Positions 42,283 to 51,583 of a stretch of DNA of 64,000 nt are shown here, piece by piece. The stretch comes from an uncultured Bdellovibrio sp. (lineage in GTDB: Bacteria; Bdellovibrionota; Bdellovibrionia; Bdellovibrionales; Bdellovibrionaceae). The notes under the pieces were generated by a model that searched no databases, was not told the DNA's origin, and saw only the letters and a program-made list of their open reading frames with translations. The translations under genes and the position numbers were made by a program. Numbering within the stretch: position 1 is the stretch's first letter; every line of letters begins with the position of its first letter. The stretch is from NCBI GenBank assembly GCA_963932905.1, contig CAWVRN010000015.1, positions 1 to 64,000 on the forward strand, read 5' to 3'.

Positions 42283-42536
42283 GGCAAATACTTTCAATGC
42301 TCTATGTTCTTGGGCCGATTTTTCAACGAAGAAAACAACAACTCCTCTGCCAAACGACGAAGACTCCAGTCCACCGATCGACATTAAAAATGACATGGAT
42401 GAAAAAAAGAATGCCTTACCTAAGCCTCAAAAACTTGATCTTCATTATAATATTCAGATTCATTTGCCAGAGACCAGAGATACAGCAGTATATGATGCAA
42501 TCTTTCAGAGCTTAAAAAAGCATATGGTTTAGTCCG

Positions 42537-43121
42537 ATGAAAAATTCTATATACGACTTCGTCTTTAAAGGTCTTCTAACAGAAAATGCACTCGATAAAA
42601 CTGACCGAATTCCGAAACAGGCATATTCGGCTTTCGTCGAAATGAGCACTGTTGATAAACTTCCATTTGAACTATTGGACGACAGTTTCTCAAGTGCAGG
42701 CAAAAAAATGGCGGCAGTCTATGTCGCCTTATTCTCTTTTGAAAATTCGGTACGAAAATTCGTTTCAGATTTACTTCTAGAAAAAGTCGGCGAGAATTGG
42801 TGGGTAACTTGTGTTCAACAAAATATGAAGCAAAAAGCAGAATCTCGTCTAGAGGAAGAAAAAAAGATTTTATGGCATGCTCCGAGAGGAGATGAACCGA
42901 TAAATTTTCTAGATTTTGGTGACTTAGCAAAGATTATGACCAGCAACGAAAACTGGGCAAGATTTGAGCCGTACATACGAGACCAAGAATGGGCAAAAAA
43001 TCTTCTCACCTCTCTTGAAAGATCAAGAAACGTAATTATGCATAGCGGATCACTTGGAGAGAGAGATATAGAGAGAATTGGAACTCTTATGGAAGACTGG
43101 TTGCAACAGATAGGTTCATAG
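42537..43121 (+). CDS. Swt1-like HEPN domain protein (putative RNase)
   Basis: FENSVR...WW, DF.DL..I, RNVIMH (RxxxxH) motif. Confidence 0.8.
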   Translation: MKNSIYDFVFKGLLTENALDKTDRIPKQAYSAFVEMSTVDKLPFELLDDSFSSAGKKMAAVYVALFSFENSVRKFVSDLLLEKVGENWWVTCVQQNMKQKAESRLEEEKKILWHAPRGDEPINFLDFGDLAKIMTSNENWARFEPYIRDQEWAKNLLTSLERSRNVIMHSGSLGERDIERIGTLMEDWLQQIGS

Positions 43122-43209
43122 CATCAAAAACTGGAATACCACGGAACCCAATATACTTCACCAAGAGGAGTATTATCTAATTATTTAGAACCATTCCAGG
43201 TTCCAAGAA

Positions 43210-43310
43210 TGGTGGAGGCGCCGGGAATGGACTCGCACCATCCTGGCGCTCGGGCCTGCGGCCTGGCTGCGCCATCCAAAAAGGACGTCATGTCCTTTTT
43301 GTGAACCCGG
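43210..43310 (-). repeat. duplicated tmRNA 3' end (att site) split by a 73-bp hairpin-rich insert
   Basis: 43210-43228 = 56182-56200 (TGGTGGAGGCGCCGGGAAT) and 43302-43310 = 56201-56209 (TGAACCCGG). Confidence 0.85.
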
Positions 43311-43354
43311 AGGACGATCTCAGAGTCTAATCGCGATGTATCTACAGTTTAAAT

Positions 43355-43385
43355 AAAAAAACCAACCCGATGGGTTGGCTTTTTT
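43355..43385. terminator. bidirectional intrinsic terminator-like hairpin
   Basis: A-run, CCAACCC-GAT-GGGTTGG, T-run. Confidence 0.7.
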
Positions 43386-43479
43386 ATTTAAATGGTGGAC
43401 TCCGAAGTGAGATGAACGAACTCCGATGGTCACCTATCAATATCAACTACACATTTAGCAGTATTACACTGCGATCCAC

Positions 43480-44259
43480 TTACTCTTCAAACTTTTTAAG
43501 CTTTCTTCTCAACACCGCCCACCATAGATCACCTTGATCAATAATTTCAATCTGAGTATTGTGCAAATGCCCATCTTCAACATCATTATTGGTCCAAGTT
43601 ATCCGAATATGACAATAGTGAGATGGAACTAAAAAGTTATCGTTGCTTACAATTATGCATAAATCGTACGGAAGACCCGGCAACAGTCTGATGCTCTCTT
43701 GCTGGTTCCTCCTATGAAGAATCAATTCAAGTGGTTTGGACGGAGTCACCTTATTCGGCCCAACAATAGCGGTATCAAGGTAACAAAAATCAGCTCGATA
43801 TTTATATCTACCTGGGATGATACAGCCGACTTGGAAGTCCCGATCTGTCTCCGACCAGTTCATTTCAAATGTTGTGAAGGGAATATGACCCGACAACTTA
43901 CCCGATCCAGCTGTCATTCCAACACACCAAATACGAGGAGACACCAATTTTACCCATCCTAAATTTTGAACTCTTAGGCGGTACCAGCTTTGGATTTTTT
44001 TCAGTTCACTATTGCTGTTGTAGAACTTAACTCCATGAACGGCATCTCCGCTATCATGGCTAAAAGATACTTCCAGCTTCGGTCTCAAAAAAATAAATCT
44101 TGCAGCGATTGGAATAAGAAGCAGAAAAATTCCTGAAAAACCCGTATTCCAGATATTAGGTGCTTCCCAAGGATCTACTGCAAAAGCAACAGATGCACTG
44201 CTCATCAACAAGAAGATTATGCAAGTTCTGAAAAAAATCGTTCTATATTCTGGGCGCAT
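43480..44259 (-). CDS. hypothetical membrane protein
   Basis: signal/TM segments at N-terminus; no recognised family. Confidence 0.6.
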   Translation of the reverse strand: MRPEYRTIFFRTCIIFLLMSSASVAFAVDPWEAPNIWNTGFSGIFLLLIPIAARFIFLRPKLEVSFSHDSGDAVHGVKFYNSNSELKKIQSWYRLRVQNLGWVKLVSPRIWCVGMTAGSGKLSGHIPFTTFEMNWSETDRDFQVGCIIPGRYKYRADFCYLDTAIVGPNKVTPSKPLELILHRRNQQESIRLLPGLPYDLCIIVSNDNFLVPSHYCHIRITWTNNDVEDGHLHNTQIEIIDQGDLWWAVLRRKLKKFEE

Positions 44260-44536
44260 ATATCGTCACCGGAACCAAATAAGATCCAAAGTCCGCCGCA
44301 TCTTGGGGCTCTCCAAGAGTATAGAAAAGTCGATTCAAATCACAAAGTCTTTCTAATTCGGGGTGAGCCATGCGAGCCAATACAACTCTTGAGATAATCT
44401 CCCTCGTTATATAGTCACCGGCAGATATCTTGAGCAATTCCTTGGCTACCACCGGGTTATTGAATCCTTGAGCTTTAAGAAAACCATTTGATACTTCCAA
44501 AGAATTTTCAGGCTGGATAGGCGAATACTTTATCAT
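44243..44536 (-). CDS. hypothetical protein
   Basis: overlaps the S8 stop (ATGA) and the next start, suggesting an operon. Confidence 0.55.
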   Translation of the reverse strand: MIKYSPIQPENSLEVSNGFLKAQGFNNPVVAKELLKISAGDYITREIISRVVLARMAHPELERLCDLNRLFYTLGEPQDAADFGSYLVPVTIYAPRI

Positions 44537-46770
44537 CGGTTTAGTCCCTGCTGAATTTCGATTGCAACCGGTTGCATGATCTCGAGCTGAGTTCGATACT
44601 TCTGTGCAATCTTATTGTAGAGATTCGGCTCCTTCGGCGCATGGACGGTAATGACCAGCGAATATGGAATAGACTTCGCCGAAGTTGCTTTCGAGGCTCC
44701 GTCTCTAGCCACATAGTGGATATCAAAAACAGGATCATTGAAGTTCGCGCCCTGTTTTCTGACTGAATTGTGCAACACGGGCTCCCACTTGTGAGCATCA
44801 TTTCTCAAATCGCTCTCGGAAGGGAATAGCTTCGCGCTACTAAAAAACGGCTGCGTAACATCCAAATTATTTATGTCAGGTCTAAATGTGATAACTAGGC
44901 CACTGTTAGTATAATTCGATGGCTCTTGGGAGTTTATCTCGCACGAAAAGCAAAATGTGGCTTTCACGGTTACCATTCCCGCAAGACCCGAGATCATAGG
45001 GATTCTAGCACGAACATATTTCGACGGCTCCAAAGTTCCCTGATAAATTATTTTTGCCGTAGAATCATCGGATGTTAGAAATGTTTCAACGTCATTCGAT
45101 ATGCGCCCCCAACCAACATCTGCCACCGGATGGTTTCCGTTATCGGTATGATGAATAAGCAAAGTTTTACATCCTAACGGTATCAATCTGTTTCCTAAAG
45201 TTGATCTCAATCCCGAAGAAACTCTTAAAGCAAGCGGCGAAGAAAAGCTTGTACCCAGTTCTCCTTGCGCCTTTGGAGAAATTCTTGAATCAACAACAAA
45301 AAATGGTTCCTTCTCACAACCCCCAAAAGCAATTAAATCTGGCTTAATAAAACCAGGTGCTCGACCTGGTCCGATTGAGCTGTAGTCGGCTCGTCGCCAC
45401 TGCCCAGGAGAAGTCGAATCAGATGCGCCCACCGCCAATCCATTTACACAGTCTGACGGCACCTGGATTCTCGCATTTCCCGAATCGCGATCCAAGTCGC
45501 CATCATTGCCAACTGCAAATGAAGCCAATGTTTTGCCATTACTTAAAAGTTGATCGAATGTTGCGGTCCATACATGAACATCATCATCTTCAATTGGCAG
45601 ATGTGGCCCAAGACTAAGATTTATAAAGTCGTATTCCTTCTGCTTTAGTACCGACGTTACTCGATCAAGAACATCAAACAAATCCTCATCAACGTCTAAC
45701 TGTTGATCATAAACTTTATAGTGATCAACAGTCGAAAAGGGGGCTTGCACTGGCTTACCTGATTCTATGGGGCCAAATAAGAAAGCAGAGGTAACAGCCT
45801 CACCGTGCGACAAATCCTCCTCATCAGGCTCGCCGTGTCCAACCAAGTCCTTGTAGTTTACCCAAGGAAGTAAATGTGAATTTTCCGGAAGCCCACCATC
45901 AAATATAGCAGTTCTAATCGAAAGATCCGATGCCGCCACTTTAGGTAGTTCATACTCAACTTGCTTCTTTGCTCTTCTTCGAGTTTTTCTAACTCCAACC
46001 ATTGGCATCCGTCGTATAACTCGCAGAAATGCAAACTTCTCCAATAGAGCAATTTCTTTCTTCGTAGCCTCTACTGGTAAAAAGCAAAGTCCTTGCGCGA
46101 AAATTCTTCTATCGATATCAACATCGACCTGAACCTTCTTTGCGTAATGCACAAATGAATCAAGTATAAATGAGTCTTCTTTTGCATCTGAACAATGAAT
46201 CGCCACCTCATAGAGTTTTTCATTTGAATGAGCCTCTTTAGATTTTTTAACTCTCTCGCCCGGATAAAATGGATGAATATCTTCAATTTTTCTAAAATCT
46301 TCTAACCACTTGATATCAGTCTCATCCATCGTAGAAAGATCAACTTCACCATCTCGCATAAAAATAATGTTATTTGCCCAGTTTTCAAAATTCGTTTTTT
46401 TCCCTGCAATAAAAAGTGTAGTTGTCAGATAAGAGTCTTTAACTTTTTTCTGAGTGACCTTATCGGGCGAGATTTTTGCTGGTCGGCTACCGACAGATCG
46501 AAGATCATACGCCCTAAGCAATGCCTCCGGGAAGTAGCTCTTTGATAAATAACTCGGATGGATTGTCACCGGAGTAACTACCTGACCTTCGGGACACGCA
46601 AGCTCTGGCAACTGAAGCAAAGAACCCACGGTTTCTTCAAGAGGAGTTGATAGCCGCAAAATAGCATCTTCGATAGAATAAGGATGAGACTTTGTTGGCT
46701 TTATTTTAGGAGGCTCGATGGATGCGGTAAGCCTCTCGCCAAATCCAAATAGAAAGTTCTTATTTGCCAT
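44533..46770 (-). CDS. ietS: S8 subtilase, IetS-like
   Basis: IFDGG, HGEAV, GNDG, KPDL, GTSFSSP catalytic motifs; no signal peptide; paired with AAA ATPase. Confidence 0.8.
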   Translation of the reverse strand: MANKNFLFGFGERLTASIEPPKIKPTKSHPYSIEDAILRLSTPLEETVGSLLQLPELACPEGQVVTPVTIHPSYLSKSYFPEALLRAYDLRSVGSRPAKISPDKVTQKKVKDSYLTTTLFIAGKKTNFENWANNIIFMRDGEVDLSTMDETDIKWLEDFRKIEDIHPFYPGERVKKSKEAHSNEKLYEVAIHCSDAKEDSFILDSFVHYAKKVQVDVDIDRRIFAQGLCFLPVEATKKEIALLEKFAFLRVIRRMPMVGVRKTRRRAKKQVEYELPKVAASDLSIRTAIFDGGLPENSHLLPWVNYKDLVGHGEPDEEDLSHGEAVTSAFLFGPIESGKPVQAPFSTVDHYKVYDQQLDVDEDLFDVLDRVTSVLKQKEYDFINLSLGPHLPIEDDDVHVWTATFDQLLSNGKTLASFAVGNDGDLDRDSGNARIQVPSDCVNGLAVGASDSTSPGQWRRADYSSIGPGRAPGFIKPDLIAFGGCEKEPFFVVDSRISPKAQGELGTSFSSPLALRVSSGLRSTLGNRLIPLGCKTLLIHHTDNGNHPVADVGWGRISNDVETFLTSDDSTAKIIYQGTLEPSKYVRARIPMISGLAGMVTVKATFCFSCEINSQEPSNYTNSGLVITFRPDINNLDVTQPFFSSAKLFPSESDLRNDAHKWEPVLHNSVRKQGANFNDPVFDIHYVARDGASKATSAKSIPYSLVITVHAPKEPNLYNKIAQKYRTQLEIMQPVAIEIQQGLNR

Positions 46771-46790
46771 TTACGATCTCCGTTCTCAAG

Positions 46791-47903
46791 CTAAGCCTCT
46801 GCTCCCGAGCCAGCCTTTTTTCTAATGGTGTCCCGACTTACTCCGGTCAATTCACTAATTTTTCGCTGAGAGGCATGACCGCTTTTATAAAGTGAATCCG
46901 CTATATTCATCCGATCTTCGTGAGAGATTCTGTTCATAGCTAGGGCGATATAACTTTCAACCGCTGAGTCAAAGTTTCCATTTCCTAGTATCGCAGTTTT
47001 TTTAAGATTTTTTATCTCTCTAATAATTTCAGAGTGCGACTGGTCCTTAAATAAAAGTGTCAGAACAGACAACAGGTCGGGACCAATTTGTACTCGTCCA
47101 GACAATTCCGCCTTGATAATATCAGTAACCTGACCTTCAGTTGGGCGAGGAAAGCGAATAATGCGATCAAAGCGTCGCCATACTGCTGGATCTAAAAGTT
47201 CGTCGTGATTCGTTGCTGCTATAATAAGATTATCCGATGGCCACGCATCTAACTCTTGGAGGAGAACTGTTACAAGTCGTTTCAATTCACCAACCTCAGC
47301 AGAATCATCTCTTTTTTTTGCTATCGAATCCAACTCATCTAAAAAAAGAACGCACGTCGAACTTTTTGCAAAATCGAAAACATTTCGGATATTACTTCCT
47401 GTGCGCCCTAAGAAACTGCTCATGACTGCTGACAAATCAAGAGTCAACAACGGTAGCTTCAGGTCTCGCGCAAGTATCTTAGCAGATAAGCTCTTGCCTA
47501 CTCCGGGTGGGCCGACAAATAGCACTGCTCTAGTCGCTTCTGCTCCAGCCAACAGTAATTCTTTTAAGCGACTTCGTTCTGCGACAATTTCGTTAAGTTC
47601 ATTTTGTATTCGATCTAAGAGAATAGGCTCATTATCAATTATCGGATTTTGATCCACCTTCAAAAGGCTTAATCGAGTATCCCTATCTACCGGCATTGAA
47701 TCTATCTCATTAGATCGAACCACCGATGAACGCTTAGGTAGCTGATTTACAATGTCCGCAAGTTCTTCCGCCGCATCTGGATCCCATTTTTGAATCTTTC
47801 TAATGAGGCGACGAATATAGAACTCTAGGTCCTTACGAGACCCAGTTAGGGATAGCCTTGCCAGCTGGACTATTTCATTTGAAATTTTCTTTATCTCTTC
47901 CAC
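46791..47903 (-). CDS. ietA: AAA+ ATPase, IetA-like, with C-terminal HTH
   Basis: GPPGVGKS, FLDELD, AATNH..LLDPAVWRRF; SQRKISELTGVSRDTIRK HTH. Confidence 0.8.
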   Translation of the reverse strand: MEEIKKISNEIVQLARLSLTGSRKDLEFYIRRLIRKIQKWDPDAAEELADIVNQLPKRSSVVRSNEIDSMPVDRDTRLSLLKVDQNPIIDNEPILLDRIQNELNEIVAERSRLKELLLAGAEATRAVLFVGPPGVGKSLSAKILARDLKLPLLTLDLSAVMSSFLGRTGSNIRNVFDFAKSSTCVLFLDELDSIAKKRDDSAEVGELKRLVTVLLQELDAWPSDNLIIAATNHDELLDPAVWRRFDRIIRFPRPTEGQVTDIIKAELSGRVQIGPDLLSVLTLLFKDQSHSEIIREIKNLKKTAILGNGNFDSAVESYIALAMNRISHEDRMNIADSLYKSGHASQRKISELTGVSRDTIRKKAGSGAEA

Positions 47904-48072
47904 TTAGATCCTATATTTATGTATTTTCAATAAGTTATAGTATCATTTTAACTGGACTAGATCAATACATTTTTAAACTAACTAGTCCATTGTTGCATTT
48001 TGAGGCGATTTAACCTGTCCTCCGCTTTTGTAGTGAAAAATATGGCCAACCATGTGCGACATAGCAACTCGA

Positions 48073-49863
48073 TTAAAAATTGATCTCAAGATCGACAGCG
48101 ATAGGGTCAATGGGAGCTGATGAATTTTGGATCATGGACTGCGACATATCGATGGCACCCGTGACCATCCATTTGCTGTTGTTCTGATTGAGATTCTTTT
48201 TTTCGGTTCGAGATTGCTGCACACAAACCAAACCATTAAGAAATAATTTACGGAGAGCCGCATTTGCCAATGCTGAATCTCTCTCGAATAGCTCCGTCAG
48301 ATTTTCAAAATGTTTTCTTATGCTAAAAATTGTCACAAGAACCTTATCCGACTCCGCAACCTGCAAAAGACGAATCTGCTCTTCAGTGTAACGAAGTTCT
48401 ATTTCTCGCTCACCGAGATTTACTTTTACCAGTTCTGCCGAATCAGCCCCTTGTTCGATAAAGTTCATCAAATTGCGAACCTTGCGCTGAATTTCATTTC
48501 GCCTTTGCTGAAGCTGGCTTATTTCAACCGGCACTGATCTTAATCGCTGATTGATTTTTTTATTGATAATGCTTACTGCAAGTTGAATGTTCTGCTCGCT
48601 TAGAAGAATCTCCTTTACCTTCTCGACAACAAATTTCTCGAGCTTCAGGCGATGAATAAGGAATTTATTCTTACAAACCTCTTTGCTCTTTCTATGATGT
48701 GTAAAGCAGCCATAGTAACCACCGCGACGACCAGTGATTTGCAGCATATTGGATCCACATTCAGAACATTTTAAGATTCCCGCCAACAGCGATTCAGATT
48801 TTGATCCAATCACTTTTGATGCTCGTGCGTATGAAAATGAATCGGTGCCTTCCTCTTTCTTACGGTATTCTCTTATCTCGATAGTTTTTTGAACCTTTAC
48901 CCAAGTATCAATATCAATGATTATCAAATCTTGCCGAATGTCTTTACCCTGATGATGCTTGACCCAAAGGTTTCGGGGCTGCTGTCGCTTTTCGTATTTA
49001 TCCGTATCAGGATTCAGAATCCTTGTTGTCTTACCCCATTCCCATATACCGATGTACTTTTCGCGTGTCAGAATTTTCCGAACTGTGGTCTGACTCCAAT
49101 TACAGACGCGGCCAGTTCGAGTTCTCCCTCTTCGCGGAGAAGGGATATTTCGTTTATTTAAAAGTTTAGCCGTAGATGAAAAACCTAAGCCCTTTAAGCG
49201 CAGTTCAAAAATAAGTCTGACAACCGCCGCTTCTTCCAAATTTACTTCCAACTTATAATGCGACGGAATTTCAATTCCACCTTTTGGACGCGTCCTCGTT
49301 GGTATGCTGTTGTAGCCGTAACAAACATCGCCTGAACTAAAGCCATCAAGAACTCTAATCTCCTGACCTCGCTTAGTTCGATGGGCGAGATCCTCATTCG
49401 CCATCTGGTTCGCCATGCCCTTGAATGTGAAGTTGATCATTGAGTTAGGCTGCTCGGAGGAAATGCCGTCGCAAATGCTTATAAGTTCGATGTTGTTAAA
49501 CTTCAGCAGCTTGTGCAAATTGACCTGAGTTCCAAGATCGCGGGTAAGTCTTGAAAGATCATCTACAATTACCGCATCGAACTTCTTTTGCCGAATACCA
49601 TTGAGAAGGGCTTCATAGCCAATGCGGCTTCCAACTTTGCCCGACACTGCTTCATCCTTGAAAATACACCCATCCATGATTTGAATTTGGTATTCGGCCA
49701 ACGGAAATTTCGTGAAGATCACTTGGTTATTTTCAACCCGATATTGGATACGTCGAATTTGATCATCAGCCGATACTGGAGATTGGTTGTCTGAACTGAA
49801 CCGTGCATATAATCCAACACGGCAGATGTTTTTTGATTTTAGTATTGTCTGGCGCGTATTCAT
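48073..49863 (-). CDS. large serine recombinase (resolvase, recombinase, Zn-ribbon, coiled coil)
   Basis: YARFSS..Q, D.A.SG, DDLSRLTR, YGY, LL.GIL.CSECG, YYGC motifs. Confidence 0.92.
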   Translation of the reverse strand: MNTRQTILKSKNICRVGLYARFSSDNQSPVSADDQIRRIQYRVENNQVIFTKFPLAEYQIQIMDGCIFKDEAVSGKVGSRIGYEALLNGIRQKKFDAVIVDDLSRLTRDLGTQVNLHKLLKFNNIELISICDGISSEQPNSMINFTFKGMANQMANEDLAHRTKRGQEIRVLDGFSSGDVCYGYNSIPTRTRPKGGIEIPSHYKLEVNLEEAAVVRLIFELRLKGLGFSSTAKLLNKRNIPSPRRGRTRTGRVCNWSQTTVRKILTREKYIGIWEWGKTTRILNPDTDKYEKRQQPRNLWVKHHQGKDIRQDLIIIDIDTWVKVQKTIEIREYRKKEEGTDSFSYARASKVIGSKSESLLAGILKCSECGSNMLQITGRRGGYYGCFTHHRKSKEVCKNKFLIHRLKLEKFVVEKVKEILLSEQNIQLAVSIINKKINQRLRSVPVEISQLQQRRNEIQRKVRNLMNFIEQGADSAELVKVNLGEREIELRYTEEQIRLLQVAESDKVLVTIFSIRKHFENLTELFERDSALANAALRKLFLNGLVCVQQSRTEKKNLNQNNSKWMVTGAIDMSQSMIQNSSAPIDPIAVDLEINF

Positions 49864-50198
49864 TAAACTGCAATCTCCTTTCTAATGATCTCGTCGCAAA
49901 TGAGATCAAGTATTGTGTTGAGTCCTGCGTGAGTCTCATCAAGTTGCATGATATTCAGCTCACCGTTCGCATAAGGTCCCGTCTTCGCAATGGCCTTATA
50001 CTTGTTTCTGCGCCATATATTGTGACAGCCACCACAGCGGCCTTCACGACGACCTCCCCCTTTGGGTGGAAATTGCAAAATGGGGAATGTCTGCTTGCAA
50101 TCACGGCAAGTTCTTAGTTCGGCACACGCCCTCGTCTTATCAACGGGTTCAACGTGTTGGCACGAGACCTGAAAATCTTTTTCATCCTGTTGGTTCAA
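49863..50198 (-). CDS. small Zn-finger protein, candidate recombination directionality factor
   Basis: CRDC...CGGC; stop overlaps the LSR start (TAATG). Confidence 0.55.
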   Translation of the reverse strand: MNQQDEKDFQVSCQHVEPVDKTRACAELRTCRDCKQTFPILQFPPKGGGRREGRCGGCHNIWRRNKYKAIAKTGPYANGELNIMQLDETHAGLNTILDLICDEIIRKEIAV

Positions 50199-50268
50199 TG
50201 TTCATATACTACCTCCCCTCTGTCAGATTACGTCTTGGCAGTACCGCCCCTGTCCGACCCTTTTCCTG

Positions 50269-50368
50269 GAGGTGACTCTACCGATGCAGATTCCTGCCTC
50301 TAGCAAGAGTCACCTCTTAAAAGAAGGATAGCTACGCTATCCTTAAAGAGATCCCTACGGGACTCTTT
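50269..50368. other. cluster of three hairpins downstream of rep (candidate origin)
   Basis: GAGGTGACTCT/AGAGTCACCTC; AAGGATAGC-TAC-GCTATCCTT; AAAGAG(A)TCCC-TAC-GGGACTCTTT. Confidence 0.6.
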
Positions 50369-50377
50369 TCTCCCACC

Positions 50378-51262
50378 TTAATGTTGAGAAAAACCTCTAA
50401 TGCCCTGGGTGTAAATCTCATTTAGGGTTGGCTGCATTTCTTCAAGGTCATAGAAATTACCGAACTTCTTTGCGAAATTGCCTTTATATTTTTTATTGAG
50501 TTTCTTGCGAGTATGCCAGTAACCCCAACGCAGACATTTCTGTTCAAATTCAAAATAGTTTCGCCATACTTGAGGTCTGGCATTTTTTCTCGGTTCGATA
50601 AATCTAAAGTGGTGGGATGTACAACCAGCGAAGGGCTCGATCTCAAGAACTTGAGATAGGTTCTCTACACGCATTTCATCTTCAGGTTCCCAAGTAATTT
50701 CAATTCGAGAGCACGGGTAGTTGATAGTTTGCTGATTTCTCTTTGCCTTAGCTTTCATCTCTTTCGTCTTGTCGTAAATTTTAATTTCAATTTTCTTACC
50801 GAGTTTACCAACATAAGCAGTCTCACCTCTGCCTTCGACACCAACGTGCTTGATGTATCGGCGAAAGCCGAAGTCCAAGCCCATATACAAAGAATAAAAG
50901 TCACAGGGAAAAGTTAGAGCAACATCGATATATTTGATATTGGCTCTCAGGCCGGGTCGGCCAAGAACAGACTCTATTGCATCAAGACAATCCCATATAG
51001 TATTGAAGCGAGAAGGATTCAGACTAAATCTTAATCCAGCATCAAAAGCATCTGCGAAAAACAGAGTTGCTCCGTGCCCCTTCGGCAAGTCTTTGATGAC
51101 GTACCCGTCACCTTTATTTGCCGATTGGGCACGTCCAATAAGGGCTTCTCGATCAAGAGGATAGTTGGTAGTAAAGACAAGTTTATCAAGAGACGCGACA
51201 ACCGCAGACTCGTGAACTCGTCCCGCGGCGACCTCGTCGAAAGAAGGAGTGAAGCTAATCAT
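50378..51262 (-). CDS. Rep_trans-like rolling-circle replication initiator/relaxase
   Basis: IDVALT, GETAYVGK, KIYDKTKE, RIE motifs. Confidence 0.7.
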   Translation of the reverse strand: MISFTPSFDEVAAGRVHESAVVASLDKLVFTTNYPLDREALIGRAQSANKGDGYVIKDLPKGHGATLFFADAFDAGLRFSLNPSRFNTIWDCLDAIESVLGRPGLRANIKYIDVALTFPCDFYSLYMGLDFGFRRYIKHVGVEGRGETAYVGKLGKKIEIKIYDKTKEMKAKAKRNQQTINYPCSRIEITWEPEDEMRVENLSQVLEIEPFAGCTSHHFRFIEPRKNARPQVWRNYFEFEQKCLRWGYWHTRKKLNKKYKGNFAKKFGNFYDLEEMQPTLNEIYTQGIRGFSQH

Positions 51263-51515
51263 GCCAAACCCCCTCTGCGAGTGGGTCTCGGCGGAATTGA
51301 TTCCGATAGGAAGTTACGACGGTATCCCCCATGTTATTGGGAGATGATTCGCCGTCTAAGTGTTGAAGTAAATCCCGTCTTAGGTCGTTCAGGTGTGTTA
51401 AAAGTTGCCGCCGGAAAAGGGGCAGCTTCCTGTCGTCGAAGTATATCGACTCTGCCAGATTTAGTATGGCATTGATCCGTTTATTTATTATTTGATTTGT
51501 TTTTTTCTTTTTCAT
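51255..51515 (-). CDS. hypothetical protein
   Basis: GGAGG RBS; overlaps the rep start. Confidence 0.6.
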   Translation of the reverse strand: MKKKKTNQIINKRINAILNLAESIYFDDRKLPLFRRQLLTHLNDLRRDLLQHLDGESSPNNMGDTVVTSYRNQFRRDPLAEGVWHD

Positions 51516-51583
51516 ATCGCCTCCATTGAGGCGAAGTTCTGCTTTAAATTTGTGAGATTTGCGATAAGTACTTAGGTAAGTGC

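Larger units (their letters stand above)
40603..42532 (+). pseudogene. DUF5343-like protein (~209 aa when rejoined) interrupted by IS
   Basis: 5' half 40603-40985; 3' half 42286-42532 continues in frame (NTFNALC...LHYNIQIHLPETRDTAVYDAIFQSLKKHMV*) once the IS and one GGC duplicate are removed. Confidence 0.8.

Noticed and set aside
42276..42515. 79-aa ORF after the IS
   Set aside because: Wrong frame; the real coding frame is the DUF5343-like C-terminus ending at 42532
43210..43310. Possible tRNA gene
   Set aside because: Only an acceptor/T-arm fragment identical to the tmRNA end; no D or anticodon arm
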